DNA from: Candidatus Thorarchaeota archaeon
GTDB lineage: Archaea; Asgardarchaeota; Thorarchaeia; Thorarchaeales; Thorarchaeaceae
NCBI GenBank assembly: GCA_963726195.1
Contig: CAVSBO010000003.1
Location: 387,011 to 451,010 of the forward strand
Direction of reading: 5' to 3'
DNA: 64,000 nucleotides
Below the pieces are notes generated by a model. It saw only the letters and a program-made list of their open reading frames with translations, searched no databases and was not told the DNA's origin. Below, piece after piece: positions 51,449 to 59,911 of this stretch. The first letter of the stretch is position 1. Each line of letters opens with the position of its first letter. The position numbers were made by a program, and so were the translations under genes.

Positions 51449-54400
51449 GTGACTTCACAGATGTCTGAGGAATTGCCTCTGGAAATCCGAGAATACAGTC
51501 CCGAACTTGCAGAATCACTAGCAGAGATGTACAACACTTGGGATCCACTCTGGCCGGGAGGCTTCACTGAAGGTGTACCATTCACGGCTGAGAGAGTGAA
51601 GAAACAGTACGAGTCCATGCGGGCTCTGGGGATTCTCATAGCCATGGATACTGCAAACCAGCGTCCCGTCGGATCGGTGACCCTTCTCTCACACTGGAGA
51701 GATTCCGAGGCAGCCTATGTCGGAACCTTGGGCGTGAGCCCCGAAGCGTTGAGCAAGAAAGTGGGGAAGCATCTCCTGTTGAAATGCTTTGATATTGCCA
51801 TTCAGAAAGGGTACACTAGAGTCGACCTAAACACATGGGCAGGGAATCTTAGAGCAGTACCACTGTACAAGAAAATGGGGCTCATGTGGGATCCGGAAGG
51901 TCAGGGAGTCGAAATGGAGAGCTTTATTCCCGAGATACTTCATCATCCATTGTGCGCCCCGTTTTTCTCGACCCATCCTGATCGAAGTGCATGGTATGGC
52001 ATGCAGCGAAGAGACCTGACTCAAGCTCCGGACGATTACACTGAGCACGGAATGGCTGTCTATCCGTACAGTTTTGGAGACGGCAAGAATAGTCTGCGTG
52101 TCATAGTGGATCGTTTAGCCAGGTCAATTACTGGTATTGAGCGAGTCATGCCTGAAGGACGGCTTGCTGTAAAGGCACTGGTGGGCGAACATCTCACTCT
52201 CTGTGGAATTCCATCGGTCTACGAACTCACATTCGAGAACGGGACAGGAAAGGACATAGATCTCACCGTTGCCCTTGATGGTTTCAAGGGTCTCCATTTC
52301 GATTCAAAGGTTGAAACTTCAGCACGAGTAAAAGCCAAGAAGACATTCACCTGGTCTGTTCGCTTCAACCTTTCGCCAGATGCTCCTCAATTCCGCAAGT
52401 ACATTAAGGCGCCTTTGATTGTCACGAAGCTCAAGGTCAACAAACAGGAGTGCACGCTGCGCACAGGTCTGAGGGTGAAGCCAGTTGCTGAGATCCAGAC
52501 AAGATGGAGAGAATGTCGCATCATGCAATCTGGGACAGTGACCGTACCCATCACCGTGGTTAACAACTCGTCCAAGAAACTAACAGGCAGACTCGTGTTT
52601 GAAGATACCGGCCAAGACGTTACTGTTACACCATCCGAGTGCGAGTTGGACTTGGCGCCAGAAGGTCTGGGAGGAGCTACGGTTGTAGTAAGGACAAGCC
52701 CTGACATTTCCCCTGGTACACACGACCTCTGGGCCTGCATGGTTCTCTCGTATGTGGATGATAGTGGCCAGAAAAGGGAAGTCAAGACGGGTAGGCATCG
52801 GTTGCCTCTCTTTTGTCTCCAAGGAGGCCGGGTCACCACAGGTGAAGATGACCGCTCTCGCGAGGTGCTAGTCGTTGGCCCTACCTACACTGCGCGACTT
52901 CTACGAGAAGGTGCAGTACTCAGATTATCAAATGCTTGCGGTGGCCCAACCACCTCGATAGCAGTATCCACAGAGATAGGTCCACCGTTCGGACGAAGTC
53001 CGTTCCGCTTCTTTGAGAGAGAAATCAAGGTGCGCGAGACAGAGTCGGGTGTAATCGTGTCGGCTTTTGTCAATCATCCCGAGAGACCGCTCATGATAGA
53101 AGATCGCTGGGTGGCTCTCAATTCATCGCCTCAGCTCAAGCATGAGGTATGGGTGACGAACACGAGCGAAGAGAGTCATGAATTCCAAGTCAGACTCAAT
53201 GGGAGGGGAGAGGGCCTATCCCTCAGCTTTGAGCGGACGTTCATTCCGCTTTCTTCCGGCATTGTTCAAGCACCCACTGGCAACTTGCTCATGAGCTACC
53301 CGTCGGTTCCCAGTGAACCTGACGCCTTCTCAGAAGAGTGGGTTGCTACAGTAGGCTCGCTTGGAGCATCGGGCCAGATTTGGAAGCCAGGTAACTTGGA
53401 ATCGGTCGCCCTTGCTTTGGGTCAGGTCCATCATATTGTGTACAAGCCAGTTATCCTCAAGGGAAAGGAAACCCGATGCGTGTCAGAGTTGTGGAACGTC
53501 GCTGCGGCCGGCAATTGGCGTGAGATACAGAGAATATGGAAGGCAAACGTTAGGGGAGAATATGAGAATGCACAGCAGCAACTATCGTGTCAGCCCACAG
53601 AGCCAATGATATCGATCAAGAGCAGGCCTGTCATCATTCCTGACAGTCAAACCGTGACAACGGATTTTGTTGTCCGGAACATGGTAAGTGCGCCTCTTCC
53701 AGGAAGAATAATGGTGGACCCTCCAGAAGGCTGGGAAAGCGAGACTATGCAGCCAAATGCATCAGCGGATGCGCAGGGAAGTGAATCGCCGCCGGAGTCA
53801 ATCATCCAGGGCTCTCTTCAATGTAGGCTGAAACTGACACCTTCCGGGACGGCAAAGACCGGGTTCTCAGTTAGCCAAGGACTCATTCGGGTGCAGACGC
53901 CCATGGAGTTCTCCAGAAACTTCACGCTGGTCCAGCTCGGGACTGCCGAATCCAAAGTCACAGTCTCTGAAGGAACTGAGAAGGGTCTTAGGGTGTTACG
54001 GGTGAACAACGGAACCCTTGAGTTCGCTGTGTCGCCCGATTACGGAGGGTGTTTGTTCTCCCTCAAGAACAACAGCGCGACCGAGCTCATGTGTTCTGCC
54101 TTCCCGACCCCTTCGCCCAAGCTGGTTCTCGACAACTATTACGGTGGTGTCCAACCCTTAGTGTGGGATGACGTCACGGGAGAGAACCCCTTCAGCGTGA
54201 AGACGAACAATGAGAAGATGACGGCCAAACCCTGCGAGCCAGGCGGAGTGTGGAAGGGGGTTCAAGTAGACTGGACCGGCCAACTCCAGCAGTCATGCAG
54301 AGGAGTGCAGTTCAAGCTCCAGTATCTAACGGCTCCAGGCAGTCCTATAGTTCTCATCAACTTGCTCATCAAGAACTCGACGAAAGCACCAGTCTCTTTC

Positions 54401-54775
54401 TGGCCCTCTCTGTTCGTGAATCCAGGGTTCAATGGTGTCTTCACAGGCACAACCTTGGTTACGCGTTGGGGAGGTGATATGGTGAATCTCAAGGACTTAC
54501 CGATCCCAGCACTCGTCACACCTGATACAAACTCAGTGTTGCTGAGAAGAGGCGAGAGTTTGCAGAACCATGAGGGACTTGGCGTCCTATGGGCAGGGTC
54601 GGATCCCGGCTCTGTTGCCATCTGCATCGAGGATTTGGCCGTGTGCGGCGGGACGGATGGAAGATGCTGGCTGATGCCGGGCGACGAAAGGGTTGTCAGA
54701 GCATGCCTCTTCGTGGACCCGCCGAGCTATGAGGAACTGGAGATGGTACAAGCCACACTCGGCGAAATGCTGTAG
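51449..54775 (+). CDS. GNAT acetyltransferase fused to a large uncharacterised beta-rich region
   Basis: The N-terminal 150 aa or so have a GNAT layout (..VGTLGVSPEALSKKVGKHLLLKCFDIAIQKGYTRVDLNTWAGNLRAVPLYKKMG). The remaining 950 aa or so have no signal peptide or TM helix and no motif I can name. The C-terminal part is reminiscent of mutarotase-like folds (weak). Confidence 0.55.
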   Translation: MTSQMSEELPLEIREYSPELAESLAEMYNTWDPLWPGGFTEGVPFTAERVKKQYESMRALGILIAMDTANQRPVGSVTLLSHWRDSEAAYVGTLGVSPEALSKKVGKHLLLKCFDIAIQKGYTRVDLNTWAGNLRAVPLYKKMGLMWDPEGQGVEMESFIPEILHHPLCAPFFSTHPDRSAWYGMQRRDLTQAPDDYTEHGMAVYPYSFGDGKNSLRVIVDRLARSITGIERVMPEGRLAVKALVGEHLTLCGIPSVYELTFENGTGKDIDLTVALDGFKGLHFDSKVETSARVKAKKTFTWSVRFNLSPDAPQFRKYIKAPLIVTKLKVNKQECTLRTGLRVKPVAEIQTRWRECRIMQSGTVTVPITVVNNSSKKLTGRLVFEDTGQDVTVTPSECELDLAPEGLGGATVVVRTSPDISPGTHDLWACMVLSYVDDSGQKREVKTGRHRLPLFCLQGGRVTTGEDDRSREVLVVGPTYTARLLREGAVLRLSNACGGPTTSIAVSTEIGPPFGRSPFRFFEREIKVRETESGVIVSAFVNHPERPLMIEDRWVALNSSPQLKHEVWVTNTSEESHEFQVRLNGRGEGLSLSFERTFIPLSSGIVQAPTGNLLMSYPSVPSEPDAFSEEWVATVGSLGASGQIWKPGNLESVALALGQVHHIVYKPVILKGKETRCVSELWNVAAAGNWREIQRIWKANVRGEYENAQQQLSCQPTEPMISIKSRPVIIPDSQTVTTDFVVRNMVSAPLPGRIMVDPPEGWESETMQPNASADAQGSESPPESIIQGSLQCRLKLTPSGTAKTGFSVSQGLIRVQTPMEFSRNFTLVQLGTAESKVTVSEGTEKGLRVLRVNNGTLEFAVSPDYGGCLFSLKNNSATELMCSAFPTPSPKLVLDNYYGGVQPLVWDDVTGENPFSVKTNNEKMTAKPCEPGGVWKGVQVDWTGQLQQSCRGVQFKLQYLTAPGSPIVLINLLIKNSTKAPVSFWPSLFVNPGFNGVFTGTTLVTRWGGDMVNLKDLPIPALVTPDTNSVLLRRGESLQNHEGLGVLWAGSDPGSVAICIEDLAVCGGTDGRCWLMPGDERVVRACLFVDPPSYEELEMVQATLGEML

Positions 54776-55001
54776 GATGACTCGCTTGTGCTGGTGCGTT
54801 CGCCATCCCGCAAGTTCAATAGATGGATGTGCGACACACTCTTGGAATCAGAGAGCACCAGACAAGAATGCGAGAGTACAGACATGCTCGAGCAGCCAAG
54901 AGACTTCATCGGAAACATCCTAGCAGTTCTGACATCAAAGCCGCTCGCCCGGCCGGACTTCAAGGCGGCAGCCACCAAATAGAAGAAGGTGGGTAGCGGA
55001 C

Positions 55002-56222
55002 ATGTCTGACTCCGAACAGGCCAATGCTGAGATGAGACCACGATCCAGATTGCTTGAGAGTGCGGCCTACGTACTCCTCTTAGTCGGACCCTTCATCATG
55101 AATGGGATGTTGGTTCTTTTCGGGTCTCTGTCGCAAGAGTTCGTTGTCAACCCGAGTGAACTAATGATTGCGATTCCTGCCTTCATGTTTCCATTCGCGA
55201 TACTGCAGCTGTTCTCAGGGGCCATTTCAGATGTGACAGGAAGAGCACCTGTCATCATGGGCGGTGTATCGATGTCTGCGGCCGGATTGGCAATAGCGGC
55301 AACATCCACATCGGTAGTAACCTTTGCTACAGCACACCTCATCATGGGAATCGGCTGGGGATTCATCAACCCGGTTGTGATTGCACTTGTGACAGACCTC
55401 ACACTTCCTCGAAATGTCCCAGTGAAGATGGGGATAATTGGTGCAGTCGGCTCGATTGGTGTGGCATTAGGACCTTTCGCCGCAGGCCTAATCGTCAGGT
55501 TCGGATGGCGGTGGTTCTATGCCTCGCTGTTGGCCGTGTCGTTCCTGGTGCTGCCAACAATCGCCCTTGCAAAGAAACCTATGCATGCGCCACAGGCTAA
55601 ATCAGGCATGAGAGTCTTCGCCTCTCACATAGTACAGGAATGGCGCCGACCTGCGGTGCTACTGCTGATGCTCATGGGGTTCATGTTCGCCCAAACCTAT
55701 CTGGCAACGGTAGTATGGACATCAAGAGCCCTCACCGGTCTCATCAGCGACCAGACACTGGGAAACCTTCTGATGGCCTCAGGCCTCGCTGCTGCTGTTG
55801 TTGGTGTGATTGCAGGCCAGCTCACAAAACGCAACGGAGTGCGATCCCCTCTCATAGTAGGTGTAGCTGCATTGATTCTCTCAGGTTTTGTTCTGACGAG
55901 CATAGACGACCTCGGGAATCCGTCCAGCTTACCGAGCATCACAGTTGCGCTGCTCGCAGTTGCGGTCGCTGCAGGAATGCTTTATCCAGTATCGATCTAC
56001 TATAGCCAATTGCTCTCTCCTGAGAGACGCGGCGCCTTGGCAGGCCTTCTTATGTCCGCTCAGTTCATTGGTAATGCACTCCTTCCGACGATATACGAGC
56101 CCTTCTTCAGAGTCGGACCGCGAACACTATTTGAGGCAATTCTGGGCGCATCCATGGTATATCTTGTCGTTGCGGCTGCACTCTACAAAAAGGCCCCTCT
56201 CAAATCACAGAAGCAGTCCTGA
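55002..56222 (+). CDS. MFS transporter
   Basis: 406 aa, 12 hydrophobic helices, G-x3-D-x2-GR loop (GAISDVTGRAP). Confidence 0.75.
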   Translation: MSDSEQANAEMRPRSRLLESAAYVLLLVGPFIMNGMLVLFGSLSQEFVVNPSELMIAIPAFMFPFAILQLFSGAISDVTGRAPVIMGGVSMSAAGLAIAATSTSVVTFATAHLIMGIGWGFINPVVIALVTDLTLPRNVPVKMGIIGAVGSIGVALGPFAAGLIVRFGWRWFYASLLAVSFLVLPTIALAKKPMHAPQAKSGMRVFASHIVQEWRRPAVLLLMLMGFMFAQTYLATVVWTSRALTGLISDQTLGNLLMASGLAAAVVGVIAGQLTKRNGVRSPLIVGVAALILSGFVLTSIDDLGNPSSLPSITVALLAVAVAAGMLYPVSIYYSQLLSPERRGALAGLLMSAQFIGNALLPTIYEPFFRVGPRTLFEAILGASMVYLVVAAALYKKAPLKSQKQS

Positions 56223-56419
56223 ACTGGACACACTCTCCTGCTACTTAATCTTGATGGCATCTCTTGTACACGCGCTCGCACAGTCGAAACAGTGTGTGGA
56301 GAGGTCAGTGAATTCGACGGCCCTCCGTCTTGAGAGCGACATGCCGCATTGTGCATAACGTTGAGATATATCCATCCTCGGCGTATGTATCCAACTAGTT
56401 AGGAGGTACCTAGACCAAG

Positions 56420-58212
56420 ATGAGTAAGATACTGAGAGTCAACATGAATGACCTCAGCTTCAAATGGGAGAAGGTCAAGCCTGAGCAGGAGCAGCTTGCT
56501 GGCCGTGCTTTCACTTCGACAATCGTGTCTACGGAAGTTGATCCCACGTGCCATCCGCTTCGCGAACGCAACAAGTGAGTTGTTGCGCCGGGTCTGCTCG
56601 CTGGGTCAGCCGCACCTTCGTCCGGGAGGCTGAGCGTCGGCGCGAAGTCACCGCTCACCAGCGGGATAAAAGAGTCTAATGCAGGCGGCATCACAGCAAC
56701 TAAGCTGGGCTGCATTGGAGTGAAGGGTATCATCATTGAGGGCGCCCCGCCCAAAGGTACGACTGATTGGTACAGCCTCTTTGTGGGCAAGGACAAGGCC
56801 GAGATTCTGAAGAAGAATGAGTATGCCGGATTGGGGTGCTACGACCTGATAACGAAAGTCTGGAAGGACTTCCCATCGAAACCGGGCGTTATCGGATGCG
56901 GAATTGCCGGACAGCGCTTGATGAAAGCAGCTGGCATCTTTGGGAACAACGTTGAGAACACCGACCCCGGCAGGTATGCAGGTCGTGGCGGCATGGGTGC
57001 GGTGCTTGGTTCGAAGCGGATTGTCGCAATCATAAGTGACGACACGGGAGGAACATTACCGGCGCCCAAGGACAAGGCCCTCTTCGATAGCGGGAGAAAG
57101 CTCTTGCTAAGGCGCTCGATGCTCAAGCAGTAACGGGGATTCTAAAGGATGCTAAGGGCAAACCGTTCGGTGCGCTCAAGAATTACGGGACGAATGTACT
57201 TCAGAACATTCTCAACGAAGCTGGTGCTCTTCCAACCAGAGCTTTCAGTGCCGGGCGTTTCGAGAATGCGGCCAAAATCAGTGGAGAAGCCGTACATGAG
57301 CTTGTTGACAAAACGAATGCGAAATTCGGTGCCAAGGCAGAAGGCAAGTATGGTCACCCCTGCCATGTCGGTTGCATAATGGCTTGCTCCAATGCTGTCC
57401 CATATGAGGATACAGGCAAGATGCATGTCTCGCCGCTTGAGTACGAGACTGCATGGGCCTTGGGCAGCAACCTCGGCATCGGCGTCTTGCAGGACGTAGC
57501 AGAATTGAACCGGCTATGCAACGACCTCGGGTTGGACACAATTGAGACTGGAAACACGCTTGCTATGTTTATGGAATCAGGAATGATCAAGTTCGGCGAT
57601 GGACCAGCTGCTATTGCCGCCCTGAAAGAAGCATACAATCCCAAGTCCTACCTTGGAAGATTGGTATCCTCCGGCGCCTCAAGCGCTGGTCACGTGCTGG
57701 GAGTGACACGGATTCCTGTAGTTAAGGGACAGTCATTGCCTGCGTACGACCCGAGACCAATACGTGGCATCGGTGTGACCTATGCGACTACTCCGATGGG
57801 AGCAGACCACACCTCAGGCTACACGATAGCCGCGGAGATACTCGGAATCAAAGGTAAGGTTACTGACCCCAGAGAACTCAAGAAGGCAGACCTCTCGCGC
57901 GCGTTCCAAGCCACTACTGCATACATCGATTCCAGCGGCTACTGCTTATTCATTGCGTTCGCGGTCCTCGATATTGACGAGGGATTCAAGGGAATGACAG
58001 ACAGCGTGGACGCGTTCCTCGGTAAGAAGATCGATGTGACGGAGTATGGAATGAAGGTATTGAAGGCTGAGCGCGACTTCAACAAGCGAGCAGGGTTCAC
58101 GGAGCGTGACGACCGTCTACCTGAGTTCTTCCGAACAGAGAAGCTTCCACCCCATAACGTCACATTCGATGTCTCCGATGCAGATATCGACGCAGTCTAC
58201 AAGGGAACATAG
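56420..58212 (+). pseudogene. aor: tungsten-type aldehyde:ferredoxin oxidoreductase (AOR family), disrupted by an in-frame TGA and one frameshift
   Basis: ATG 56420 sits behind AGGAGG. Motifs are AAPSSGRLSVGAKSPLTSG, IGCGIAGQ, RYAGRGGMGAVLGSKR, KNYGTNVLQNILNEAGALPTRAF, GHPCHVGCIMAC, EYETAWALGSNLG and LGLDTIETG. The in-frame TGA is at 56576-56578. The frame switches at about 57090-57100 (ORF 56720-57133 to the frame of ORF 57379-58212). Confidence 0.85.
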
Positions 58213-58349
58213 TCTAGTACTGAAGAGGGGGCACTTCAACCCCTCTTTCTTCCTTTCTGACCCACTATATCCACAAGCTTATTCTCTTATTTGAGGCTAG
58301 ACTCCATGTCCATTGGGACCATCTGACAAGTCATGCAAGGAACACAATC

Positions 58350-58670
58350 ATGAGCGCGAGACGCATAGAGGTTCATCTCTATGGCACATTACGGTCCTTG
58401 GTTCCGGGGAGTCGGCCGGATGAGGACACGGTGTTACGGCTCGACAGCCTGCCGGGTGAGACGTTCGGCAGCCTCACTGCACGATTAGGCCTGAATTCGA
58501 AGGACCTGGGAGACTGCTTCATTGATGGTACTCTTGCGAAGTCTTCAGACCTCATTCCGGAAGGAGCTCGTGTAGGTCTCTTCCCGTTCAACATGGTCCT
58601 TCTTTGTGGAGGACAGCATCTGAAGGGACACGGTTACACCCATACTGATGTGGATGTGGACTACTACTAG
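58350..58670 (+). CDS. ThiS/MoaD-like beta-grasp protein with an 18-aa tail after an internal Gly-Gly
   Basis: 106 aa. The pattern IEVHLYGTLRSL...LRL......FGSL...LGL......FIDG......DLIPEGARVGLFP....LLCGG follows the MoaD/ThiS layout and then continues QHLKGHGYTHTDVDVDYY. Confidence 0.5.
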   Translation: MSARRIEVHLYGTLRSLVPGSRPDEDTVLRLDSLPGETFGSLTARLGLNSKDLGDCFIDGTLAKSSDLIPEGARVGLFPFNMVLLCGGQHLKGHGYTHTDVDVDYY

Positions 58671-58673
58671 GCG

Positions 58674-58928
58674 ATGGGGATGCAGGTTAACGTCAAACTC
58701 TATGCAACACTTCGTCAGTTTGCGCCGCCTGGTACCGCGATAGGGGAGTCCTTCAAAGTAGAGGTGATGGAAGGCAATATCTCTGAGATAATTGCTAGAC
58801 TTCGTTTTCCACCCGATCAGGCACGTATAATCTTCGTCAATGGCGTCCGCACTTTTGACCTGAATCAAAGACTGTCCGATGACGATCTCGTCGTCTTCTT
58901 TCCTCCCGTCGGCGGAGGCAGTGCTTAG
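58674..58928 (+). CDS. MoaD/ThiS-family beta-grasp protein ending GGGSA
   Basis: 84 aa: VNVKLYATLRQF......FKVEV.EGNISEII..L.........IFVNG......QRLSDDDLVVFFPPVGGGSA. It starts 3 nt after the preceding stop. Confidence 0.65.
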   Translation: MGMQVNVKLYATLRQFAPPGTAIGESFKVEVMEGNISEIIARLRFPPDQARIIFVNGVRTFDLNQRLSDDDLVVFFPPVGGGSA

Positions 58929-59911
58929 TCAACCATATGCGTTGTCGGTCTCATGTTGTCAGACAGACTCGATGTGTGCACACATTTGTGCCCTGGCCAT
59001 CCACGTATCTTTGAACTGAGACACTAATGGCTCACTGTGTCGTGAAGAATGCCAGCAAGCGCCCCCTCGGAGTCCGACCTCGCCATAGTTGCGGGCGATT
59101 GTATACGATGCGATTACTCGCGGGACGAAGCGGATAACGTCCCGATGTCGATGAACAGGCGGGTAAAGCTTTATTAGCATTCGATACATACATGTTAGTG
59201 AAGGCGATACTGCCTCAACATGATACATCGTATCTACCACAATTGAATCGGGGAGTACGGATTTCGACTATGGGCTTTCAGCTCGTTGAGTCGGATCCCC
59301 GTCTTGCCGACGTGTCGATACACGCCTATCTCAATCGCAGATGGTAGCACTGCGGATTCGTGTTGGCATGTTCGTGCTGACATGAATACATTACAGCAGT
59401 CCGCTTTCTATCATGCCATGGAGGTGAGATAGGTAGTGGGCAAACACAACAATCACACCAGCAGGTCTCGTGGTGACAGGCGCAACCGTCAGAACTCGGA
59501 GCAACCGACCGCGACGCACAGTACTGCGCCAAGGTCTGGTCAGAACCAGGGTTCGACCACGAGAACACAGCCAACTAGTCGACGGGCATAGTGAGTAGGA
59601 CAATCCGATCTCACAGCTCGTAACTAGAGCTGCAAGGTCAGCTAGTGGCTCATCGAGCCGCTAGTTCCTCAAGCATCTGCGGGCCCAGCGATGAGCAATC
59701 GTTGGGTCTGCTGATGCTGCTTTTTCTATTTCGTGTACGTTGCATCGGTGGCTCGCAGTTTCTGGTTTGTTGTTCTTTTGCGCCGACAGAGCTGAACAAC
59801 CTCCGATGATGAGTGTCGGAAACAATATATCCCGGAGAAGGATAAATCAGGACTTTGCGTGGGCTGGCTTCTTGACAGGGAGACAGACTAAGTGAGACAC
59901 TAGGCATACTC

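Noticed and set aside
56576-56578. Selenocysteine at the AOR in-frame TGA
   Set aside because: The aligned residue in characterised AORs is Leu in a structural segment, not a redox-active Cys. I see no obvious SECIS-like hairpin that I could defend. It is kept as a finding only as an unexplained in-frame stop.
59040-59170. Possible relic of a TnpB/IS605-type zinc-finger end (..AGDCIRCDYSRDEADNVPMSMNRR.. on the plus strand)
   Set aside because: There is only a loose resemblance to the C..C....D.NAA.NI motif. No RuvC-like region lies upstream, because the space is occupied by the beta-grasp genes. No terminal repeats were seen.
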